IMG/VR virus record: IMGVR_UViG_3300025645_000042
Coordinates: 1 to 64,000 of that record
Strand: one strand, 5' to 3'
Origin: a virus
DNA length: 64,000 nt
In this document: positions 21,601-33,516 of the stretch, piece by piece
Position numbering within the stretch: position 1 is the first letter of the stretch
Layout of the letters: each line of letters starts with the position of its first letter
The notes under the pieces: model-generated
Databases searched by the model: none
What the model was told of the DNA's origin: nothing
The model's input: only the letters and a program-made list of their open reading frames with translations
Made by a program: the position numbers and the translations under genes

Positions 21601-24600
21601 ATATAAGACTTTTTTATATATAAACCTAATTATTTAACATAAAAAAAGGTGGGAAACAACGCCCACCTTTTAAGTAATCAAAACACAACATTGCCCTATT
21701 GAAGTTGGTAGTCGGGCGGTCTACCTAAATTTATTTACGCATTACTTCATGTATTTGATTCGTTCCTCATTCGACTTTAACTTGTTGGCAAATTCTCGTT
21801 TACTTTTACCATTCCAATACCTTACCATATCTTGAAACCCATCTTTGGCTTCCTCTTGATATTCTTCCTCGCTGATAGTTTTAACTTGGTCTAACAGCTT
21901 ATTAAAATCTTCTTTGCTGTGGAAATAGAACCCTATCCCCTCGAAATACTTGTGTGCCATTGTTTTAGTCTTGTTTTGATTACAGTGCAAATATACAACA
22001 ATATTATTTACCGTGCAAATTATTTAACGTTTAAATACAAATTCAATTGCTGACCATACTATACAAGCGTATTCAATCACTTCATCATCAAACTCCACGC
22101 TACCAACATAAAACCTGATAGCCCAATCCTTACGCATTTGTTGTTCATTAATATATACACCACCTAGAACATTATTAGCATCTTCAAATGGGATAAGTTT
22201 AGCAAACTCATCATAAGATATATCATCGTTTAAATCATCTATAATGGTTTCTAATTCATCATAGTTTGTAGGTGATACGCAATTGTATTTGAACTCGTAC
22301 ATTAGTGTTGTTTTGATTACACTACAAAGATAAGACTTTATTATTTAATATCCAAATACTTTAACATTTATCTTACCAATTTGCTTTTATTTGATATCGA
22401 CCTTTAACCAATAACCCATCCTCATATAAACATTGAACTATTTTATGGATTTCATATTGACTATAATTCCCCATTTTAATTCTTTCAACATCTCCATCAA
22501 AAAACAGGGCTGACGAAGGAACTTCAAAATCAATTACTGAATTGTTAGACATCTCTTGTTCGGCTACTATTTCATATGAACCACCATAAGCTTTTTCAAC
22601 TATTTTATCAAACCTATCAGTGTCAATAACAAATCTTGTATTAATATCAAAGTTACTCATAACATCTTTTTGTGTCTGTGGTAACTTTGGTAAGTTCTGT
22701 TCTAACTGTTCACATAATACTTTTAGAATTGCGTTCTTTGATGCATCTAATCTGACTGTCTGTTCTGGTGTAATATCACCAGAAATAGTATTTATAATCC
22801 CATGAGCATCTACAAATACTTCTTCAATAGCATTCACAATCATTGAATCTAATTCTTCCTTTTTACTTTCTATTCTAATATCCATTATTCTGTTATTTTG
22901 ATTACACTACAAAGATAAGAAATTAAATCGACACTATCAAATATTATGTAATATCATCTACAATTTTTTTTGCTGCATCAACACTATGTAAATCTACCAT
23001 ATATCTATCATCACGTTGGTGAAGTCTAATATCAAACCCTCTATAATTCATAGAGTTATCATAAATCTTATAACCTTTGTAAGTTTCAATTAATTTCATA
23101 ATTCAGGTTTATTCCAGCTTTGTTTTGTGGTGCTTAACCATCTACCCGTTGTCTTTGTAAATACGAATGGTCTATATGGTCTATCATCTAATGACTCTAA
23201 CTCATAGAACACTCGGTCATCATCTTCATTCCAACCAACACCCAACTCAACTTGGGTTCCAATACGTTTGATTTTACCTTGAATTGGTTCACAGTCTTTA
23301 TATGCTTGATACCATACTATATCTCCTACTTTCATTAGTTCAAACAGATTGGAATGTTCATATTACTTACTACAAATACGTTGTAGATTTCGATTGCGAT
23401 AATATACTCTATTTGATTCATCATAATATTGTTGTTTTGATTACAGTACAAATATAAGACTTTATTATTTAATATGCAAGAACTTTAACATTTAATCTCA
23501 ATAAAGGTAATTTTACCTAACCGCTCTCTCCATTGATTTATACCACCTTCCCAAGTCCTTATCCCATAAATTGGATAAGGGTCAAATCGAATAAGTTTAC
23601 CATTGTCATCATATATGGGTGACTTCCATTTTGGGTGTTTACCTTTTCTAAAACCATGCTTATCTGGTTTACCAAAACTATCAACCCCTTTCTTATAGAA
23701 CTTATAATTTCTTTCAATGGATTTTTGACCACCATTTATAAACTCTGATACAGTTTGATTAGGTAAAAACTCACTCAATCTATCTGCTGTAAAATCAACT
23801 GAATACTTCCAACCATTCTCACACTCAAAATAAAATAGTGATTCTACTCCATAAGCATCAAGAATAGTCTTGTAATAATCATTAGCTTTTATTACCGTTG
23901 GTTTAATATCTATTTTCATTGTCTGTTGTTTTGATTACACTACAAATATAAGACTTTATTATTTAATATCCAAATACTTTAACATAAAAAAAAAAGGATG
24001 GGAAACAACGCCCATCCTTTTACAAATAATCAATACACAGAATCACACTAAACAACTTCCATTTCAGATATGGCTTGGTCAACCCTTGCCTTATCAGTCT
24101 TGGATAATTTCTTATAGTTATCATTGAATTGCTTTTCACTACCATTGTTATGGTATTTGATAAGGTTATTAATGTTAGTAAATTCAACACCACTAACCTT
24201 TCTGATGAAATCTACAGTTAAATCATACTTCGTTGCAATAACCTCAATCTTTTTAGCTAACTCATCGTAGCTTAATTTCTTATTATCATTAACCTTGTTA
24301 ACTTCTCTAACTGCTTTCTCTACTCTCTTTGATACCTCAATTGAATTCATACTTTCTATTTGTTATAAATCTTATACTTTGTTACAAAAAATACCTCATT
24401 GCCCTCGACAATTAATGCATAGATATAACCGTTACTTGTCTGACCAATGTGGTTTAACTTATTTAATCTTGATTTGTTTTTCATGCCAAATACTCCACCA
24501 TATGTGTTAACCACCCTTGCTTTATCATTTACAAATTCAACTGTATATGTAGTAGAAAATGGTCGCTTCATTGAAAAGTCTTTGTAAAATGTTATCTCTG

Positions 24601-25029
24601 TTATTGTTTCCATACTTCAAAGATAATACTTTATTATTTAATAACCTAAAACTTTAACATTTTATTTTAACCATTACCCTCACATGTCGGACATGGCATC
24701 TTACCATCTTCTGAATATAAATCTCCATGCTCATAATCTTCTATTCGCATCTCACCTTTACATCTCCAACACTTCAATACTACATCTAAATTAACCCACT
24801 CATCACATGTATCTAGGTTAAAACCGTTAATCTCTTCACCAAACACTCTCATTAACTCTACAACCAAACGCTCACCCTCATTCCAATCCTTTTCTCCAAA
24901 CGTTTCATCACCAACGTTACCATTATCTCTAGTGGTAAATAATAACTCATCTCCATCATCAAAATCTTCTAGGTCACCATCTAAAGTAAACCAACTATTC
25001 TTGTGTATGTAATTTACAATGTCTTTCAT
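18692..25029 (-). CDS. cluster of about 15 small early hypothetical proteins (18692-18997, 19050-19319, 19319-19660, 19805-20056, 20190-20420, 20798-21055, 21274-21573, 21742-21960, 22024-22302, 22373-22885, 23096-23335, 23485-23919, 24048-24350, 24356-24613, 24667-25029)
   Basis: Almost every ORF begins just after a repeated promoter-leader cassette; no function recognised. Confidence 0.7.
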
Positions 25030-25129
25030 GTTGTTTATAGTTTCTTTTTCTGTTATAATTGTTTTGATTACAGTACAAAGATAAGGATAATATTTCTATT
25101 ATCCAAATCTCAGTACACATTTGTGTTAT

Positions 25130-25900
25130 TTAATAATTTTGTATTTGTTCTAATTTATAATCTAATGAATATCTACCACCATTATATTTATTACAACATG
25201 AACCACATGCTGAAACTCTTCTCTTCTTCTTATGACTTGCTTTCTCTACACCACATGATATACATTTTAAAGTATATTTACTTGCTTTAGCATCAACCTT
25301 AGCCCTACCACACCTTTGACCATTACAACCAATCATCTTTGCTATTCGAACCCACTTATAACCATGACTAGTCCCACAATCTACGTTAATCTCACTATCA
25401 ATAGCATGAGCAATCTCATGTAACATAGTATCAACCCACTTCTCAAATGGAGCATCACTATTAACAATTAACCATTGTGATATCTCAATCTTTTTATTAA
25501 GCATAACGTATTCCATACGTGCTAATTCGTTTGACCATCTTCTTGTTATTCTTTTACCACATATCCCAAATCTAGTTCTATTGGTATTGAATGAAAAGTC
25601 CCAACCTAATTTATTCATGTTGAATACTCGACCATCTACAACAAAATCCTTGTCCATCATTTCCATTGCCATACGTCTAACCGATGCAACTGAAACACTA
25701 GTACACATTTGTGTGCCTTCTACTTTTGGTTCGTTTGGTGTCTGAATTAATTGCTCTCCACCACCATTTTTAATGCGATTAAAGAATACTTTTCGCTCTG
25801 TGATAGATAAACTATAATACTGAATGATATTTGCGTCTGTGAAACCATTACGCCTTAGTGGTGCATAGCTTGGTAATTTTTGTAGTTGTTCTAATGTCAT
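25130..25900 (-). CDS. SprT-like zinc metalloprotease with C-terminal Cys knuckles
   Basis: TRFGIC, IEIS, TMLHEIAHA (HExxH), HGYKW, CxxC...CxxC. Confidence 0.8.
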   Translation of the reverse strand: MTLEQLQKLPSYAPLRRNGFTDANIIQYYSLSITERKVFFNRIKNGGGEQLIQTPNEPKVEGTQMCTSVSVASVRRMAMEMMDKDFVVDGRVFNMNKLGWDFSFNTNRTRFGICGKRITRRWSNELARMEYVMLNKKIEISQWLIVNSDAPFEKWVDTMLHEIAHAIDSEINVDCGTSHGYKWVRIAKMIGCNGQRCGRAKVDAKASKYTLKCISCGVEKASHKKKRRVSACGSCCNKYNGGRYSLDYKLEQIQNY

Positions 25901-25971
25901 AATGTTGTTGTTTTGATTATTACAAATATAAGAAAACCCTATGACTTTTCCAAATCATAGGGCAATTATTT

Positions 25972-26217
25972 TTATCCTTTCCAATTATAATTGGTGTTGA
26001 TATACTCAACTACTCTATCCTTATTACCTTGGCTCAACTCCATGAACCATACAAAAATACCTTGTGTACCACTAAGATTTCTACTTCTACAAATATTATC
26101 GAATTTATCTCGCAAATGACTTGGTGCTGTGGTAGCTTCAAACATAGCGTTTAATTGACTTGGTAAAAAGTTGTTCGCAAAGAACATGAAATTTGTTACT
26201 GCTTGTGAATTGTTCAT
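25972..26217 (-). CDS. early hypothetical protein
   Basis: Start corrected to MNNSQ after the promoter. Confidence 0.7.
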   Translation of the reverse strand: MNNSQAVTNFMFFANNFLPSQLNAMFEATTAPSHLRDKFDNICRSRNLSGTQGIFVWFMELSQGNKDRVVEYINTNYNWKG

Positions 26218-26409
26218 AATGTTGTTGTTTAGATTATTTGTTATGCAAATATAAAACATATAAACAATATATCCTAATAAAACTTTAATAAACTTTCATT
26301 TTATGTAGTTCATCGAATATTTGTGTATTTCATCGAATAAATTTGGTGGTAAAATACAAATACCTTAAATTTGTATCAAACAAATAACAATAATTAAAAC
26401 AACAACATT

Positions 26410-26991
26410 ATGAGCAATTTAAAAACAGTATTAGATGTATTAACCGAAACAAATGTTAAACACGTTACAACTGCTGAATTAAGCGATATACTAGCTAATA
26501 CAGTTATCATTAACCAAATGGCAACATTTGCTTCTGTTATCCAATTAACAGAGCCTAGATGTACTAAAAAAGATAGAAAAACTAAAGAGCCTTTTAACGG
26601 TTTAGTTCAAAAATTAAGTCAAGTATCTATCATATTAAATTCACAATATGAAAAAAATGTGACTAACCAATTAACTAGAGAAAATAAATCTGAAAGTGAT
26701 TATAAAAAAGGTGTAAATACTATGCCTTTAACTAAAGGAGAAAACAATAACTTTTTTGGAACATTCTACGATAAACCTGTAATTGAATATAGACCAAACA
26801 CGCAGAATTTTCCTACAACTTTTTTCTTCCTTAATGGTAGTAGAGTTGAAAAAACAGATTTACCCGATGTTTTGCCTACAACTAATAAAGCAACTAATCA
26901 AGGTACAGATAAAGAGGTTTTTTGGAGGAAATTATACGTCAAGAACATCGTTCAGATAACTCTTAATGGTGTAACATACCAAACCATCTAA
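26410..26991 (+). CDS. conserved phage hypothetical protein, divergent from the minus arm
   Basis: Own promoter at about 26343-26375; terminator at about 27015-27040. Confidence 0.75.
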   Translation: MSNLKTVLDVLTETNVKHVTTAELSDILANTVIINQMATFASVIQLTEPRCTKKDRKTKEPFNGLVQKLSQVSIILNSQYEKNVTNQLTRENKSESDYKKGVNTMPLTKGENNNFFGTFYDKPVIEYRPNTQNFPTTFFFLNGSRVEKTDLPDVLPTTNKATNQGTDKEVFWRKLYVKNIVQITLNGVTYQTI

Positions 26992-27113
26992 AAGTCCATT
27001 AGAACGCCTTAAAATAAGCCTATCGAAAGATGGGCTTTTTGTTATTAACTTTCTAAAACTTTAACATATAAAACTTGTATATATCAATAACTCATAGGAG
27101 CCGTTCTAAGCGA

Positions 27114-27174
27114 CCCCCCTCCGTAGGTACCCCCTACATACCCCCCCTCCGTATTCCCCCTTATATACCCCCCC
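27114..27174 (-). other. five C5-C7 runs (G-quadruplex potential on the - strand)
   Basis: C-runs at 27114-19, 27130-34, 27141-47, 27156-60 and 27168-74 in AT-rich DNA. Confidence 0.75.
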
Positions 27175-27264
27175 GTACCGCCTCTGAGAAGCTGGGTCGG
27201 ACCTGTGTTCGTAATTTTTTTTAGAAATTTTTTTAGAAATTTTTTCGAATTTCCTTAAGTACCC

Positions 27265-28647
27265 TTAATGATGGGTATTTTTCATCAGGCCATATTCACT
27301 ATTAAGAATTTTGTATACATAACTCTTACTAAGGTTATACTCATTCTCAATATCCTTAACTTTTGATATTTTATGAATATACTTTTGTCTTATTTGATAT
27401 GCTTCATCTTTTGTAACCATAGTAGGAGAATGAGTAAAGTTTTTTTTCATACCCTTTAATAAAAGTAAGATGTAATCTTTACCTACATTAAATTCTTTTC
27501 GTAAATCGGATTGTGTTTTATTGGTATTTTTCCATTGTTCAATAATACGGTTATTAAATTGGGTTTGTTCTTCAGAAGGGAATTCTAAATCTTTTGGTGT
27601 ATAAAAATATTCACCATGACCCCATTTAAGGTTAGATACTTGGTAGTTATCTGAACCATCAATTGTTTTAACATTAGTCAACCCAGATGGATTTGGTAAA
27701 AACAATTCAGCAATTACATTTTTAAGTTTTTTATTTTTTATCTTATTGGGTGGGTTAAAGGATAATCTTTTCATTTTTAAATTAAAGACTCTACCCATAT
27801 TAGAGATTGCATACTTATTATCAAATTTTTTAAATATTTCATTTGGAAATTTAATAAGGGGTACTTTTTTTAATGATTTATAATACTTTATAAACATTTT
27901 TTTTGACACCCCATATTTTTTAACCAAGGGTTTAATTTTTATATTAGTATTGGTATATTCACTTGTAATTTCAAAAACTTCTTCTTCATTTAAAACAGAC
28001 TCAATTGGTTTAGATTTACCTCCACGATTCTTTATTTTATCATTAAGCCAATTCTTACGTTCTTCACCTTTTAATTTAAAAATTTTATAATTATTTTTTA
28101 TATCTACATCAACATTAGTAAAAGTTATATATTTTATAGCGGCCATAATAGTATTGGCGGTCACATTATATAACCTTGCGATTTCACTATAGTTATTATT
28201 TGTTTCATCATACATCTGTCTAATTTTTCTAACATCAGATTTAGTCAACACTTGGCTATGACATCTATCTCTAAAATTATTGTGTATTGCATGTCTAACA
28301 TTATGTAAATGGGTACACCATTCTAAATTGGAATGGTGATTATTCATTTTATCACCATCTTTATGATTTATAATATTATTAACTTTAGGGGTTGGGTTAT
28401 TTACAAAATTCTTGGCTACTATTCTATGTATATTACCACCTTTTCTACCATTACTATTAGTTAATAAACGCTTATGATACCCATCAGAATTACAAAATGG
28501 TTTAAGTATTTTACCCTTTATTAATCTTGGATACCCATTACTTGCCATTCTATCGAGTGTTCTAACCCTTCCATGGTTACTTACTTGATAAATCCCTTCA
28601 TAATCTTCGATATCGACCCATATTTCTAAATCATTATATTTATTCAT
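27265..28647 (-). mobile_element. freestanding NUMOD4-HNH homing endonuclease with repeated HTH segments
   Basis: IWVDIEDYEGIYQVSNHGRVR (NUMOD4); HRIVA..F..NP..INHKDGDKMNNHHSNLEW (HNH); second degenerate YAISNMGRV...DNYQVSNLKW unit. Confidence 0.85.
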
Positions 28648-28820
28648 ATGACAAATATACTTAATAATTTTCAATAAAACAAATTTTAGAAGTCGTTCCC
28701 CTGTATAGAAAAGGGTACCCCCTTAAAATCGTGACCCTCAAAAAATTTTTTGGGAAAATTTTTGAAAAATAATTAGATATCACGAAATAAAGTTGTTTAT
28801 ATGGAAATAATTTTATATCT

Positions 28821-31762
28821 TTGCATAAAGTTATAATTATGGAATCAAGATTAATGAATAATTTAATAAAATTATCAATAACATATATTATAGTGATTAC
28901 TATAATGGTATTATTTGATTATATTAGTGGTGGTCCAATAGATTGGGGTATAAATATATTTTTACCTTTATTTCTTATTGGTATTATTTGTTTATATGGT
29001 GGTTTATTAGATTTATGGACCAGAAATCAGAGGGGATTAAAATGAATATTGAGACAAGGAGATTTATTTGGGGATTAATAATTATTGGGATTAGTTTTTG
29101 GGTTGAAGTATTGTCATTTGGAGCGATATTTAATGACCCTAAGAATTATTTTAATTATGTTATGGTTATTATTGGGATTATTGGTGTAGCTAGGGGTCAA
29201 CATATAATAAATAAAACATTATGAATAGAGATAGGTGGGAAAACATATCTGGAGGGATATTAGCATTTGTTATAGTTATGTTATGGGGAGCATATTTGAT
29301 ATATTCAGATGTATGGCCATTTGGTTGGTTTTGGATGCTCACATATTCAATCATGGGTGGATTAAGTTATATAGCATTAATGTATCCACAATTAGGAGAT
29401 AAAGATAAATTTAAATAAGAATAAAAGATGGTAAAATTATTAGTATTAGCAATTGGTTTTGTATTAGGTTATTATTATAGGTTAATAAAAGCTTGGTGGG
29501 ATACACGAAGTGGTAGTAACAAATTAGGGGATAATTAAGATGAGATACGGACAATTAATAGATATGATTGCATTTCATTTCAAGGAATTTAATGTACGAT
29601 ATGCATGGAGTGAGGAATATGAATATCAGCAGATTTATTTATCACTTCCAAACAGTGATAAAGAGATGTTGGTAGATGTTAGGAACATAGGATTGGTAAA
29701 GACTGATTCACCAGAGTTCAAGGCATTCATGGATGCTATTATCAGCAATTTAAATCGTATTTCTAAGGGATGATAACATATTTGGTCATTTCATTAATAA
29801 TATATTTAATGTTATTAAGTATTGATAAGATTAGTGGCAAGGAAATTTTCAATTCTGATAATGATAGGATGATACGTGTTGGATTAAGTTTGATATGGCC
29901 ATTAACTTTAATAATATTATTAATAATATTTAAGAGAAGGGATGATTGAGATATTAGCTAACATTATAATAGTAATATTAACGCCTATTTTATTCATAAT
30001 ATATTATCGAAATGGTGATAAGGGGTAAGGTGTTTGTATGGCCGTCCTTCCTTCGGAAGGTATAAAATAAAAAATTATGGAATTTAAGTTGGTAAAGTCA
30101 AAAAGTAATTATAAAGTAATTAATGGTTGGAATCAGAGGAATGAGTTAATATATAATTCATTAACATATTCTGAGAGGATTAAGGTTGATAAGATATTAC
30201 ATAGACAGGTTATTAATTTTTTACCCCATGAGCGCATGAGTTTTGGTGAAATAATAAATATGGTTCGACCAATAACAAATGAAGAGTTTAATATTTTAGG
30301 AGAATTGAGGATTAATAAATTATTTAAAGATTTAAGAAATGGCGACTATTTTAAATAAAAATTTAATACGTGAGAGCACGGAGAGGGTTAATAATAAGGA
30401 GATTATAATAATTTTAACATCTGAGCAAGAGATTGAATTAAAATTAAAGGGTAAAAGGGGTAGTGGTGAGACTATTTATATTAAAGACTTATACAATCAG
30501 TTATATAAGATTAAGGGTGGTGATAAAAAGGAGCCAGAAGGTCCATTAACTATAACTCAGAATAAGCCTAAAAAACGTGGTGATAATAAGATGGTATCTT
30601 TATATGATTTAAGGACACATAATGCTATTTCGACATTAGATTTAGCCACAAAAGCTAAGTTTGACCAAATAATAAAGAGTGTGATAGATAGTTATTAATG
30701 AAACAAATTAAGGGTGCGGTGGAACTACATGGTGATAGTATTACAATCGTTAATTACAATAATAATGAATATGTAATAATAGAGGGTGTTAGTACATACG
30801 ACATTTATTCTTATCTTAAGGGACAGGATTCTAACTTAAAAATTGATTTAATCAAGGAGCTTTGCAGCGATTTATCAAATATAGATAAATTAGGATTAAT
30901 TAATTGGTTAGATATTAAAAAGTAGATATTTATTAACAATATTAAAACATTGTTATAAAATGCTATACTTATAGGTATGTGTAACACTATAATAGCTAAG
31001 TCAAAATTAAAGAGGTTAACTTCACGGACCGAGAAAGATTTATATTTATTACGATATGAGTCTAATAGTTTCACTCCCCTTACTGAAGACACATTATATT
31101 TGGTTAGGGACATTTGCAATGATAATAATATATTATGTCCATTATATAAATGGTCAGGTGAAATAAAATTCAAACACACTCAAAAAGATTTTTATAATTC
31201 ATTAAAATTATTAGCTACAGAATATTCAATAGTTTTCAATTTAAAAAATATTTATTAAAAAATTTTGTATATTAACATAAAAGTTATATATTTGTAATAT
31301 GATAATATTAATAATATATTTTTCAATTGCCTTATATTCATGTGTGTATACCAGGTTAATTTTAATGGAGAGTTGGTCTGATTCTATTTTTGGTGGAATT
31401 ATATGGCCATTATGTTATTATGTACATATTAAAAGTATTATTAAATGGATAATAAAATTATTTAAAAAGGTATGAAAAAGATTCCTAACGACATGAACAA
31501 CGATTGTATGGGGCATCATTTAGAGCTTCTTGAGATTGGTGATTTTGGAAAATTATATAGATGTCCATTATGTGGTAAATCTGTATTGGATAGTGGTAAT
31601 AAGAGTAATTGGTTTTTAAAATTGGTATTAGTATTATCAATAACTTTAATTATTTTTACATTCATCATATTAATTGGGTTAATATTTTGGCCAGAGATAT
31701 TTAACATAAGTGGTTTAGGTGGTGATATGTATTCAGAGGAACATAAAATATTTAGGAATTGA
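28821..31762 (+). CDS. cluster of small, mostly hydrophobic (membrane) hypothetical proteins
   Basis: ORFs 28821-29045, 28943-29224, 29221-29418, 29540-29773, 30077-30358, 30339-30698, 30698-30925, 30977-31258, 31472-31762; many have TM-like stretches. Confidence 0.6.
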
Positions 31763-31952
31763 TGATTTATTTTATAATACCTATAATAGGATTAGTGTCG
31801 ATGATATTTGCAATAAAGATAGATATGAGACACAAGAAGAATCGTAGAAATAGGAATATTCAGAGTATATATGATACATGGGATGAGAATCAGAATATAA
31901 TATAAGGGAATAACAAAATAACCTACAATTAATGATTACTTTTTTTGTCCCG

Positions 31953-32538
31953 TTATTTCCTTCTTTTTTTAGTGGGCCGTTTCTTAGTTGAGACGGTCTT
32001 TCTTTTTTTCTTTTTCTTCTTTTTTTTCCATGTTGGTTTACCAAGTGTTTTACTTCTAAGTCCTTCATCGATTAATTTTTTATCCACGCCAAATTTTTCA
32101 GTTAGGATTTCGATATTTATTTTCCATTTAATTTTAGAGCGTTCTTTATGTTCTTGGAAGCAATATCCTACATAAGCTATTACTTCAGCTTTCTTCCATT
32201 TATTAACTTTTCCTATATGTGTAAACACTTTTGATTTTAGACCTACTGCCATACTTCTACCTATATGTTTTACTTGATGACATCTAGGGGCACAAACTCA
32301 CTAATTCCTTAAGAAGTTGCACACCGTCCTTTTGATAAACCCATATCTCATGACACTCTAATTTATGTCTATAACCTTGATTGGTTCCCACATCACCACA
32401 TATTTGACATTTAAAATTTGCCTTTATATATGACTCTTTCCTCAATCTATCCCAGTCTTTTGTTGGTAAAATACTTCTAACGTTTGTATAAAATGATGTT
32501 GATGGTATCAATTCTATTGTTAATTTTGGTTTCTTCAT
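31953..32538 (-). CDS. HNH/zinc-finger protein split by a +1 frameshift at CCC-UAG (32284-32290)
   Basis: ORF 32284-32538 stops at LCP*; the +1 frame continues PRCHQVKHIGRSMAVG into ORF 31953-32252, restoring CPxCH..KH. Confidence 0.75.
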
Positions 32539-32539
32539 A

Positions 32540-32896
32540 TTAATAATCTATTTTTTGCATTATCATTAGTGTAGTATCTTCAGTTAGAATAACTTTATGG
32601 TCAACTGAATACATGGGTACATCTTCAAGGGTTCTAGCTCTTACAAGTATTTCTTTATTTTTTAGAAAAGTTGGTAATTCAATTATTCTATTATCTGGGA
32701 CCATATCATTAAAATATATATGGTTCATATCCACTTCTTCTTCAATAAAATTGGATACTTCATATAGTTTATTAGTTTTATTACCGAAGTCATCAGTTTC
32801 AAAACGCCATGATTGTTCAGAAGTTATTTTATTTAAAGCGATTAATATTCTAGTATTATCTACTACGTTTGGTAATTTTAGTTTAAGTTTTTTCAT
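32540..32896 (-). CDS. hypothetical protein
   Basis: 118 aa ORF in operon context. Confidence 0.7.
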   Translation of the reverse strand: MKKLKLKLPNVVDNTRILIALNKITSEQSWRFETDDFGNKTNKLYEVSNFIEEEVDMNHIYFNDMVPDNRIIELPTFLKNKEILVRARTLEDVPMYSVDHKVILTEDTTLMIMQKIDY

Positions 32897-32899
32897 ATA

Positions 32900-33442
32900 T
32901 TATTTATTTAACAATTTCATTAATCTTTGATAATCTATTTTTCCTTTTTCGCCTTTTTTAACTATTGTTTTTCTTTGAAGGGTTTTGGAATCATATACTT
33001 TAAAGTTATTTAAGAAGTTATGTCTTGGGATAAGCCACCCTGAAGTTCCAGAATTAGCATCACCTGAGTTTTTAGTTTTATATAATGTTTCTGAATTTTC
33101 TTCTATTAACTTTAATAGGTCTTTGGTTTTAATGTACCAGATTTCGTTAAGGTATTTAAAGTATGTAACGAACCATTCGGCTTCGGTCACTATAATGCCA
33201 GATTTTTTACCTCTACATTCTACTTCTACGAATAAATTTCCTCTATCGGAATGTGGTTCACAGTAGACATCTGTCTTAATTTCGTATTTTATTTTTTCAC
33301 CATTTCTTTCGATAAGAGCGTCATATCGATTATCTTTATTCTGGTGTAACAGGGTTCCCCCAAGTTTTTTAAGGTGTTCTATCACTGTTATTTCACCGTC
33401 TTCACCTTCGATAAGGTCTTCTTTAAATTTATAATATGCCAT
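32900..33442 (-). CDS. PD-(D/E)XK nuclease-family protein
   Basis: EGEDGE...YDALI...YEIKTD and NLFVEVECRGKKSGI. Confidence 0.7.
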   Translation of the reverse strand: MAYYKFKEDLIEGEDGEITVIEHLKKLGGTLLHQNKDNRYDALIERNGEKIKYEIKTDVYCEPHSDRGNLFVEVECRGKKSGIIVTEAEWFVTYFKYLNEIWYIKTKDLLKLIEENSETLYKTKNSGDANSGTSGWLIPRHNFLNNFKVYDSKTLQRKTIVKKGEKGKIDYQRLMKLLNK

Positions 33443-33516
33443 ATAGATAATTAATATAGAATATACACAATTTTAGAGAAAAGTCAAGCTATTTATAGTG
33501 TAAACATCGAACAAAC

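Larger units (their letters stand above)
1500..26400. repeat. dispersed terminator-promoter-leader cassettes (about 45-50 by manual count) heading individual early genes
   Basis: Recurrent atttggtagttatataataaagtcttatatttgta followed by leader (t)aatcaaaacaac or caatgtttaaaacc; on + from 1.5-9.1 kb and on - from 11.9-26.3 kb. Confidence 0.9.

Noticed and set aside
13410-26259. N-terminal extensions such as MYCNQNNN, MHCNQNK and MVYNKVLYLYYNQ in the ORF track
   Set aside because: These are translations of the promoter/leader repeat from TTG or GTG codons upstream of the TSS; true starts are the downstream ATGs.
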